Assembly (NCBI GenBank): GCA_049599475.1
Contig: JBMYOQ010000046.1
Coordinates: 1 to 34,611 of the forward strand
Length of the DNA: 34,611 nucleotides
Origin: Opitutales bacterium
GTDB taxonomy: Bacteria > Verrucomicrobiota > Verrucomicrobiia > Opitutales > JABSRG01
Direction: 5' to 3'
Below the pieces are notes generated by a model. It was not told where the DNA came from, did no database searches, and saw only the letters and a list, made by a program, of their open reading frames with translations. This document shows positions 1-7,938 of this stretch, in pieces; position 1 is the stretch's first letter, and each line of letters starts with the position of its first letter. A program made the translations under genes and the position numbers.

Positions 1-27
1 GGATCCCGCAGATGACGCTCATACCTT

Positions 28-143
28 AGGGATTTGAAACCCGTCGGGTTCGACGTAGTGAGCAAAGTGAACGAAGAAGGGGCGCTTGAAAAGCGATCGC
101 AAAGCGATTTTGAATAGCAAAACCAACCCCTCTTCCTCCGCCA
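28..143 (+). repeat. tRNA-linked structured repeat ending in a tRNA-Ser-like 3' end (not a complete tRNA)
   Basis: 125-143 AACCCCTCTTCCTCCGCCA looks like the 3' T-stem strand, acceptor strand, G discriminator and CCA of tRNA-Ser. GGGTTCGA (T-loop 5' half) lies at ~46-53, about 70 nt upstream. No matching 5' acceptor strand (GGAGGA...) occurs in 1-143. Confidence 0.6.
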
Positions 144-158
144 CTTTTAGTTCGTATC

Positions 159-188
159 GACGCTTGCTGTTAAGGCAGGCGTTTTTTT
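159..188 (+). terminator. Rho-independent terminator
   Basis: Stem ACGCTTGCT / GGCAGGCGT (with G-U pairs), 5-nt loop, then a run of T, 16 nt after the tRNA-like CCA. Confidence 0.75.
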
Positions 189-288
189 GTGCCTGTTAAC
201 AAGGATTCTCAACCGAGGTGGTCCAGTTCCCTTCACGCCCGGTTTTGAGCGTGAGCGAAAATGGTAACAGAATCACACGTTTTAGAGC

Positions 289-329
289 ACGGGAGCCCTC
301 CCACACCAATATGACAGGGCTCCCGTTTT
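289..329 (-). terminator. Stem-loop at the 3' end of the haloperoxidase transcript (possibly bidirectional terminator)
   Basis: Perfect 11-bp inverted repeat ACGGGAGCCCT (289-299) / AGGGCTCCCGT (316-326), ~19 nt past the stop at 345. The loop gains G-U pairs on the minus strand. A short T run follows on the plus strand. Confidence 0.6.
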
Positions 330-344
330 AATTCTACGAATTAC

Positions 345-2099
345 CTAATTTTTGATGATCTTTTCAGAGCCATCGAAGAGCGGAATCGTCATGGAGAACT
401 TCTCTGTGTAAGTGAGCATCTGCTCTTCGAGAATTCCAATCGCAATTTCCTCACCCATTACAACTGAGTCGTAGTAATCACTGAAATAATGCACGCCCGC
501 CCAGTTGCGACCAATAGAAATGTTTGAGGCTAATTTGTTTAGCTCACCTTCAACTGTGAGAGTGGACGCATTCCCCTCAGAATCAGTGACATCTACCTCC
601 GACAGGCAACTCCCTTGAGTCTGTGAATCTAATACAGATGTGAAACACTTACCCACGCCCTTGCCGGTTACATCCAGAGTTTGTGTGTGGTCAAAGAAGG
701 CTTTCAGGATAGTCACACAAGCACCGGCAACTGTGGCATGTCCAGCGCCATATGACGGGTGCATCGGTGATCCTTCTGGGAAGGCCATCGGGAGTAGATA
801 ATTTCCGCCCCCCACAGATCCATTATTCATAGCATCGATTCCATTCAAAATAGCGCCAAATTCCTTGCATTGAGCCATATCATCGAGCTCAGGTGCAATA
901 CTCTGCAGCACTCCTGCCTTTGAGATACGGCCAGCCAAAGTCTCCGGGCGCAACCTGCGATGCACATTGAATTTCTGATACCTTACGGCTTTTAGCGCTC
1001 GGGTAGCCACTTCGGTAACAAGCGACAATATATGAGGAGGACCAAAGAGAGCAAAACCCTGCTGGTGATCTTCAGCATCCGGAGCTCCGAAAGGGAGGCC
1101 GTTATCAAAAGGCACGCCCTTACCTAACATCCATAGGCATGCATTTAGGTATGCTTCATAAAGCGCATCGTAATGGACATATGTGGCCAAATCACGCGGA
1201 GTTGCAATGAAGCGATACTGGGGGCACATTAGATAATCCTCCTGGCCTCTAAAATCAGCTCCATTTTGGACGTCCAGCCACTCATCCCAAGTCTGCATGA
1301 AATCCGTTTTGGGCTTTGCAACGCGGACACGCTGATCCACCCGCACGGCACCGTAAGAAATATAACCGTCATCGGGTTTATGCGCATTGCCCAAACCATT
1401 ATTTCCAGCGAATAAGAACTGGGAGATGTAAGGACCCACCTCATCTCCCCGCAGCACTCCACGCAAAGACCAACGCGGTCTGGGACTGATTCCTTTCTGA
1501 TTCGGCAAGCCACAGAACTTCATGGCTTCCTGGAGAGCCTTTAACTCTCCCATAGGTTCAAGCTCATCCTGCATCTCATCGATTTCCTTAAAAGATGTAT
1601 CACGTAAACGAGCACATGTATACACTTCGGCCATTTCGAACTTCAATTCATCCGATCCCAATGCAGGGGCCGGCGGCATGGTGACTGCCTGCGCGTCAGG
1701 CCCCTGAAGATCAAAAGCCAAGCCAGCGCTTTGGCTTTCCCATGCTCTAAAGTTGGCCGGACCAGAACTTGAAGGAAGCTTACCCTGCCCACGGGCCGAC
1801 TCCCAGTCTGCATCCTTCGCAGGAGCAATAACGGCATTGGGGCCGATAGGTGTCTTTTCAAAATCCACCTGATCCCCGGACTCGATTGCTACCACAAATT
1901 GCTGGTAATGAGCAGAATCACTCACCAAACCGGTGTCCTTATCGTGCTTCAACCCTTTCGTGAAGGACATCAGATGTGTCTTATTAAAGCGAGACTCGTC
2001 CGTGTTATTCTTATGTTCCGGGTGGTTGCGCTGCTGTGCTAGTTTGGTCGCATCAACGCGCACGTCGTAGGCTTCATTTATTCTATCTTTGCTATTCAT
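345..2099 (-). CDS. Vanadium-dependent haloperoxidase (probable bromoperoxidase, red-algal/cyanobacterial type)
   Basis: All three vanadate-binding motifs are present: AVRYQKFNVHRRLRPE (K-x7-RP), MHPSYGAGHATVAGAC and SIGRNWAGVHYFSD. The N-terminal segments FTKGLKHD and WESQSAGLAFDLQGPDAQAVTMPPAP match Corallina-type VBPOs. No signal peptide is visible. Confidence 0.93.
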   Translation of the reverse strand: MNSKDRINEAYDVRVDATKLAQQRNHPEHKNNTDESRFNKTHLMSFTKGLKHDKDTGLVSDSAHYQQFVVAIESGDQVDFEKTPIGPNAVIAPAKDADWESARGQGKLPSSSGPANFRAWESQSAGLAFDLQGPDAQAVTMPPAPALGSDELKFEMAEVYTCARLRDTSFKEIDEMQDELEPMGELKALQEAMKFCGLPNQKGISPRPRWSLRGVLRGDEVGPYISQFLFAGNNGLGNAHKPDDGYISYGAVRVDQRVRVAKPKTDFMQTWDEWLDVQNGADFRGQEDYLMCPQYRFIATPRDLATYVHYDALYEAYLNACLWMLGKGVPFDNGLPFGAPDAEDHQQGFALFGPPHILSLVTEVATRALKAVRYQKFNVHRRLRPETLAGRISKAGVLQSIAPELDDMAQCKEFGAILNGIDAMNNGSVGGGNYLLPMAFPEGSPMHPSYGAGHATVAGACVTILKAFFDHTQTLDVTGKGVGKCFTSVLDSQTQGSCLSEVDVTDSEGNASTLTVEGELNKLASNISIGRNWAGVHYFSDYYDSVVMGEEIAIGILEEQMLTYTEKFSMTIPLFDGSEKIIKN

Positions 2100-2117
2100 A
2101 TTACGTAGTTTTTAAGG

Positions 2118-3464
2118 TTAAAAGGCTTCAGCGATTTTCATCAGATCAGTGGTCAGCCCTAGATATACCCGCCATGTATCCAGACCATCATCCCCCCCGT
2201 TGTAAACTTCACCACCAAAGGTCAAGAATGATGTATCAGATATTGGATACATAAACTCCGCCCCCAGCATAGACTTTGTCTCCTTTTTATAATTCGGGAT
2301 AAGCTGTCCTGGATTCTCCTTAGCATTGATTAAAAAATAATTCTCATCCACGTCGATTTCGTCCAGGCGAGCCCAGCCGATTCTAATATTCACCAGCATT
2401 GGCCCATTCCCCACAGATTGGAAAGGTTGTTTTACATGTGCGGTAAAACCTAAACCTCCAAAACGCTCGATATCTGAGTGAAAGAAATCTGTATCTGTTA
2501 TGGCCGTTATACTACCGAGCAGGTTTACCGAATACGCTCCAAAACCGGTATCCTGACGGAATAAATGGGGCGCAAAATCAATACGTGTATACAAATTCCC
2601 ATCGCTGACTCGCTCTGCATTTGTAGTTGTAGAACCATTAGACTGATAACCAATACGGGTTTCGAAATCGAACCAACTACCATTTCGCCAAAAGCTATCA
2701 TATCCACTGCCAGGCATGGCACACAAAATGGGGATCTCTAAACCATCATCAGCCACGGGACGCAGCTTTTCAGTGTTGAAAATACGGTCCCAGCGCCAGG
2801 CCCAACGATTGGAATAAACCGCTTCGAAATAGACTCCAGATTCAGAATCTGTCGATTCAACAAATGGTCTCGAGTCCTCAGCCAACATATTCCCGCCTTC
2901 TGCAGGCTCAGGAATCGTAATACTGTAAGGATTGAGTATACGGACACCTCCATGGACAAAAGCGCTCATGTGAGCCTTATTACTGAGCTCGGTCTCCTTA
3001 ATCGTAACCTCGGCGACATCACTCACTTTCATTTTTTCCCCACTATCCAACGTAAAGGTAGCAGATTCGGCAGCGCTCTGAGCCTTCCTGACTTTCTCGT
3101 TCATGTTCGATTGTTTTTCGAGAGCATTTCGGGCTGGCGATGGCCCCGTGGCATATCCGAGGGCCCTGTAAGCGCGGCTATCTTTCTTAATCCCCCCCGA
3201 CCGCTCGGCTATTTTTTGCATGATAAGGTCATACACACGCCCGTCTTTGATGACTCCCTGCGCCTCGATATATACAACTTGCTCCGCATGCTGAAGCAAT
3301 CCCGCACTCACAACTTCATCAGCAATGTCTTGAGCAAAAGAATCCTCCAAGGGATTCGCTATGAGAAGTCGAGCATTCAACAACAATGAAAGAGCAACCA
3401 GTATCACGCGAATTCGTCTGAGATTCAGCGAATTCGGAAAGTTTTGTTTATAGAAGAGATTCAT
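2118..3464 (-). CDS. Exported hypothetical protein, C-terminal half possibly an outer-membrane beta-barrel
   Basis: Long ORF ending 18 nt before the haloperoxidase start. ATG at 3464 is preferred over GTG at 3485. Signal-like segment RRIRVILVALSLLLNARLLIA. The C-terminal half has alternating aromatic/Gly amphipathic strands (FDFETRIGY, MLGAEFMYP, WRVYLGLT) and ends in Phe. Confidence 0.6.
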   Translation of the reverse strand: MNLFYKQNFPNSLNLRRIRVILVALSLLLNARLLIANPLEDSFAQDIADEVVSAGLLQHAEQVVYIEAQGVIKDGRVYDLIMQKIAERSGGIKKDSRAYRALGYATGPSPARNALEKQSNMNEKVRKAQSAAESATFTLDSGEKMKVSDVAEVTIKETELSNKAHMSAFVHGGVRILNPYSITIPEPAEGGNMLAEDSRPFVESTDSESGVYFEAVYSNRWAWRWDRIFNTEKLRPVADDGLEIPILCAMPGSGYDSFWRNGSWFDFETRIGYQSNGSTTTNAERVSDGNLYTRIDFAPHLFRQDTGFGAYSVNLLGSITAITDTDFFHSDIERFGGLGFTAHVKQPFQSVGNGPMLVNIRIGWARLDEIDVDENYFLINAKENPGQLIPNYKKETKSMLGAEFMYPISDTSFLTFGGEVYNGGDDGLDTWRVYLGLTTDLMKIAEAF

Positions 3465-3556
3465 AGTCTTATCAGTTTCGATCACACTTCATGAGCGACC
3501 TGTTATGACTATACAGATCTCCGTGTCTAAAAGTCTGGGAATCCCCCTGCTACTTG

Positions 3557-3573
3557 TCGGGAAAATTTCCCGA
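3557..3573. promoter_or_regulatory. Perfect 8-1-8 palindrome TCGGGAAA-A-TTTCCCGA, putative response-regulator operator
   Basis: Lies in the divergent intergenic region between the haloperoxidase operon and the kinase operon. A degenerate GGGAA..CCC copy sits 22 nt to the left (3536-3549). Confidence 0.55.
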
Positions 3574-3660
3574 TAATTTTACCTCATTGCCCAGGATCTG
3601 CTATGACTCACGTGTTAATCTTGTTTTGAAACAGGTTTTCAGCCTTTTCCGCGTTTATTT

Positions 3661-6453
3661 ATGAAAGACACATTTCACAGGTTGCTCGACCCGATTACCA
3701 TGAATCAGGATTATGTCTGGTTCCTATGCGTGTTGATCTGGTTATGGATAGTTATCCGCTCCGCAAGCAATGCCCCGTCTATCCACTCTATAACAAAGTG
3801 GCCCCTACAGCTGGGGGTCACCGCAATTCTCATTTCTCTGACCTCGGTAATACGCCAAATTTTCCCGCCGGAGAACGTTGTCTTCCCGCCTCGCGAATTC
3901 GAAATAATTTCTAAGCTCCTCCTAGGAATCGCACTAGCCGTCATGGCTAGAGCTTTGATCCACAACAAAGCCTGGATCGCTTGGATAATTCTCTGCATCG
4001 GCTTCACATGGGACTTGGCCAATCCGGCAATCCCTGGAGAAAATCCTCCTCTAGCCTTCGGAACTTCGACACTGGCATCCTTGGTTTTTTCAGTCTTACT
4101 AGGCACAAAAGCCTTACGAAAAGACTACGCATTCGCTTCTCTCCTTAGCTTGACCGGACTCGCCGTCCTCTTTCACCCCGAGGGGATATGGGCAGAGATG
4201 AGCCATGAGAGTCGACGCTGGACAGAGTCTTCACTTTTTTCAATTCCCTACGCTCTATGTTGGCTTCTCGCCGGAATACAAACGAGCAGACTCATCGAAA
4301 AGCCCTTGCGAGAATCAAATGCATCCAACAAACTAATATACACCGTTGATCGGCGTATTCTGGCCGGATGGCTCCTTGTAGGATTCGTCCTCACATATTT
4401 TGCCGGCTACCAAACTAAGCAGTCATTCGAATCAGGACTGCTCGCGAGATCCGAAGCCTATGCATATAGCTTAAATCGGCCTCTCCTCGAGGAATGGATG
4501 AAGAACAAATTTGAACTGGGCGCAAAGCAGGAGCTCCGAAATTTCATTGGCCCGGTTTCTATATACGACTTACCAGCACTTGCCGATCCGGATATCCAGG
4601 ACCTTCGCAGCTTCTATGGTAACATTGAAACCAAAGACAAAGACATTGTCTTTGCTCATTTTGCCACAATAGAGAACAATGAGCTCATTGCCGCCGTTTT
4701 ACCCACTGATGACCAAGGAGCCCACGATGTCACTATCATGCACCGAATCATTAATGCGGACGACATCGCTGCTCTATCAGAAAAAATAAGTTTCGTAAGA
4801 GGCCCGGAAACGCTCCCCTGGGGATCCTTGGTGGGCGCATGGGTCCCTGTCTTTAACGAGAACGAAGAGGTCTTAGGATGGTCGGTTATACACACGACCG
4901 CCAGCATCTGGCTCGCATTCCAAGCACAATCGCGACTACAGGCGTTGGCACTTGTAGGAATCGGTGCAGTGGTAATATTTCTTATCCAACGTAATCGAGA
5001 ACGCAGATCAGAAACAGAACACGCACAACAACAGGCTCAATTTGAAAGCCAAGCTCACGCGATGAAGAGCAGACTGATGGCACAAGTAAGCCATGAACTA
5101 CGTACCCCTATTCAAAGTATAGTCGGCTACAACGAGCTCCTGCAAACAGTCATAGACGATGGTCAAAAGCGAAACTGGCTAGAAGCCCAAGAGCTCCATT
5201 CCTCTCAATTACTACGCCTCGTCAATGATCTCATTGACTCATCATCTTTAGAATCCGGAAAATTCAAGCTCCAGGTTTCTCAAGTAACTATCGAAGAGAC
5301 CTTCAAAACACCCCTGAGCACTCTTCAAAGCAAAGCCACTGAAAAAGGTTTAGATTTTGTAGTAGATTTCCCTGACACCAAAAAGACAGTGCTTTGGGAT
5401 TCGGTCAGAGTCCGGCAAATCTTAGAAAACCTGGTTTCCAATGCGATCAAGTTCACTGATACGGGTCAAATCTGCATACACTTAGAAACAGGTGTGCACG
5501 ACAGCAGCCAGGACTTCCATCGTCTTACGATAATTGACACCGGCCCCGGGATCTCTGAAGACAAGCTGGAATCGATTTTCCAACCCTTCGAAAGACTATC
5601 AAACAAGAAGCATGTAGATGGCATCGGCCTAGGCCTCTTCATTGCACAAACTCTCTGCCAACTCATGGGCGGCGAGGTGAAAGTAAAGAGCTCACCGGGA
5701 TCAGGAAGTTCATTCGAAGCGAAATGGCTAAGTTCGAAACATATATCGAATCAAAATGTTTCTGATGCTCAAAAAATGATTTCTCTAAATGAGAAACGGC
5801 TCAAAGGAAGACGCGTTCTCCTGGCAGAAGATAACGATATTATCGCAGAATTGTTATCCCAAATTCTAATACAACAGGGTGCAGAATTAACACGCGTAGA
5901 TAATGGAAAACATGCTTTCGATGAGCTCATGGATGGTGCATTCGAGGTGGCAATCTTGGACATTTCTATGCCCCAAAAGTCAGGAATTGAGGTAACGCGC
6001 CAGATCCGCGAAATCGATAAGCAATTGCGAATAGTGGGGGTCAGTGCACACGCAGGTGAAACCGAAAAACTAGAAGCTATGAATGCAGGCATGGACCAAT
6101 TTCTAGCCAAACCCGTTTCAGTCAGAAATCTCATCGGCGCTGTTTCACCGGGAGGCGATGACAATAGCCTAAACTCGAACGATTCGAGCTACGAATTTCT
6201 TCGAAAACAACTGATGAGCAAATTTTATCAGGAAACTTCTGAAATTGCCATTGAGCTATCCCAGGCTCTCGAAAGCAAAGACTGGGATCTATTATACTCC
6301 AAATCCCACTACGCTAAAGGCGCAGCCCTTCTACTAAAAGCGGACGCAATTGCCGACTGCTGTGATCGCATCAACCAAGCATCGTCCGGACGGTCCGTAG
6401 AGCTAGCCAAAGAAGGAATACTCTCTCTCAACAATAATCTCAAAGATAGATAA
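3661..6453 (+). CDS. Membrane hybrid sensor histidine kinase (multi-TM, extracytoplasmic domain, HisKA, HATPase, REC, Hpt)
   Basis: About 8 N-terminal hydrophobic segments. H-box VSHELRTP, N-box QILENLVSNAIKFT, G boxes DTGPGI and GIGLGL. Receiver VLLAEDND...ILDISMP...KP. C-terminal Hpt-like SHYAKGAA. Confidence 0.93.
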   Translation: MKDTFHRLLDPITMNQDYVWFLCVLIWLWIVIRSASNAPSIHSITKWPLQLGVTAILISLTSVIRQIFPPENVVFPPREFEIISKLLLGIALAVMARALIHNKAWIAWIILCIGFTWDLANPAIPGENPPLAFGTSTLASLVFSVLLGTKALRKDYAFASLLSLTGLAVLFHPEGIWAEMSHESRRWTESSLFSIPYALCWLLAGIQTSRLIEKPLRESNASNKLIYTVDRRILAGWLLVGFVLTYFAGYQTKQSFESGLLARSEAYAYSLNRPLLEEWMKNKFELGAKQELRNFIGPVSIYDLPALADPDIQDLRSFYGNIETKDKDIVFAHFATIENNELIAAVLPTDDQGAHDVTIMHRIINADDIAALSEKISFVRGPETLPWGSLVGAWVPVFNENEEVLGWSVIHTTASIWLAFQAQSRLQALALVGIGAVVIFLIQRNRERRSETEHAQQQAQFESQAHAMKSRLMAQVSHELRTPIQSIVGYNELLQTVIDDGQKRNWLEAQELHSSQLLRLVNDLIDSSSLESGKFKLQVSQVTIEETFKTPLSTLQSKATEKGLDFVVDFPDTKKTVLWDSVRVRQILENLVSNAIKFTDTGQICIHLETGVHDSSQDFHRLTIIDTGPGISEDKLESIFQPFERLSNKKHVDGIGLGLFIAQTLCQLMGGEVKVKSSPGSGSSFEAKWLSSKHISNQNVSDAQKMISLNEKRLKGRRVLLAEDNDIIAELLSQILIQQGAELTRVDNGKHAFDELMDGAFEVAILDISMPQKSGIEVTRQIREIDKQLRIVGVSAHAGETEKLEAMNAGMDQFLAKPVSVRNLIGAVSPGGDDNSLNSNDSSYEFLRKQLMSKFYQETSEIAIELSQALESKDWDLLYSKSHYAKGAALLLKADAIADCCDRINQASSGRSVELAKEGILSLNNNLKDR

Positions 6454-6455
6454 AA

Positions 6456-7091
6456 ATGCCAATACAAACAGGAATCACCCCCCCGATAGTACTTAGCCCT
6501 ACGATAACGAATAGATTCGCTATTCTCTTTGAACTCGACGGGAGTTTTCGAATACTGGACAGTAACTGGAATCCAGTACCATTATATACAGCTCGCGCAA
6601 ATCCAAACGTTCTAAATCTCGCAGATAATGAGAGTGTTGTTGCAACCCTCGACCTTCAAAACTCTTCTATCTTTGGTGAGATCATAGCAGTACCCCTAGG
6701 CTGGCATACGCACTGCCGAGGCGGGGGCAAAACAACATTTGGAAATGTTAATTCCCCTCTATTAGATGGAGAAGGAGGCAGTAGAAACCAACTAAGTAGG
6801 TGGAATTCAGCAAAGGTCACCTTCGATATGCAAACACGCCAAACGTCCCCAGGTAACGGGGTTGGCAGCATAAAAGTAGAGGTCGATCCAGGAAGCGAAG
6901 ATAGAGCTATGATTCAGGAATATCAGCTACCCGTATATGACCCCGCCGTCAACGCAAGGCTCGGTTTGATATTCATTAGATACGCAGGGGGTCAAATCGA
7001 TCCACAAAATCCTCCATCCATTACCTTTGACTTCTCAAATATAGACCCCGCGAAAATACCGGATGCCGTCAACTCGGCGGAGCTAATATAA
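6456..7091 (+). CDS. Hypothetical protein inside the two-component operon
   Basis: 211-aa ORF starting 2 nt after the kinase stop and ending 24 nt before the regulator. No signal peptide, TM segment or recognised domain. Confidence 0.7.
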   Translation: MPIQTGITPPIVLSPTITNRFAILFELDGSFRILDSNWNPVPLYTARANPNVLNLADNESVVATLDLQNSSIFGEIIAVPLGWHTHCRGGGKTTFGNVNSPLLDGEGGSRNQLSRWNSAKVTFDMQTRQTSPGNGVGSIKVEVDPGSEDRAMIQEYQLPVYDPAVNARLGLIFIRYAGGQIDPQNPPSITFDFSNIDPAKIPDAVNSAELI

Positions 7092-7115
7092 ACCTAAGTT
7101 CAAGAAAAAATATCA

Positions 7116-7757
7116 ATGCCGCACCCCAAAGTCATCCTCGTAGAAGACCATCATATGATCCGCCAAATGTTAGAGCATCTCATCACCAAAGATCTTGAAT
7201 TAGATCTAGTGGGAAGCTATGCGACGTGCACAGAGGGGATTGATGGATTCCTAAAATTCAAACCAGATTTGGGGATCGTAGACTGGATGCTACCGGATGG
7301 GCGTGGATTTGATATTGTCAGAAAAGCTGGCGCGTCGCTAAGCAAGACGCGCTGGCTTTTTCTCTCCTCCAACGAACAAGGACACCTCGTACGCGAAGCA
7401 GTCCATCTGGGTATCCATGGGTTCATACAAAAACGTTCAGACATAAAGGTACTAAGAGACGGCATCCGCAAAGTACTAGTGGGCGAGAAATATTATTGCC
7501 CGGAAAGCGCCAAACTACTGGTGGAAAAAATGGTCGATGAAAGTCAACATGCAGCCATGTCTCTAACAGGCAGAGAAAGCGAAATCCTGAGAAGATACGC
7601 CAAGGGCCAAAACCCTAAAGATATTGCTACAGACCTAGACCTAAGTGCTAAGACAATCTCTAATAATCTAACATCGATTAAAGAGAAACTAAACCTCTTC
7701 GAGCCCGCCCAGCTCGTCACATATGCTATTAAACATGGGTATATCGAGACCCCTTAA
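7116..7757 (+). CDS. NarL/LuxR-family response regulator
   Basis: Receiver VILVEDHHMIR...IVDWMLPD...FIQK, followed by LuxR HTH LTGRESEILRRYAKGQNPKDIATDLDLSAKTISNN. Confidence 0.95.
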   Translation: MPHPKVILVEDHHMIRQMLEHLITKDLELDLVGSYATCTEGIDGFLKFKPDLGIVDWMLPDGRGFDIVRKAGASLSKTRWLFLSSNEQGHLVREAVHLGIHGFIQKRSDIKVLRDGIRKVLVGEKYYCPESAKLLVEKMVDESQHAAMSLTGRESEILRRYAKGQNPKDIATDLDLSAKTISNNLTSIKEKLNLFEPAQLVTYAIKHGYIETP

Positions 7758-7938
7758 ATAGCCTGTTTAAAGATTATTCTATTACAGAGCAGCCACAAGA
7801 TCTCATCGAGGACTAGTAGAGGTCGAATGGCCAAATCAATCACTTTAAAATCACTCTTCAAACGAGGGTGAGCTATGTGAAACGTGGCTGGTGACAGACA
7901 ATTTTAAAATAAATCAATAATACTAATAGCAACCTTCC

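Noticed and set aside
1..143. Complete or intron-containing tRNA gene
   Set aside because: No 5' acceptor strand, D-arm or anticodon arm complementary to the 3' end is present in the window. Only 3' elements are seen.
6700..6740. Walker A (GGGKTT) or JAB/MPN (GWHTH) motif in the 211-aa orphan
   Set aside because: The residue required at the first G/A of GxxxxGKT is His, and no SxxD follows the HxH at JAB spacing.
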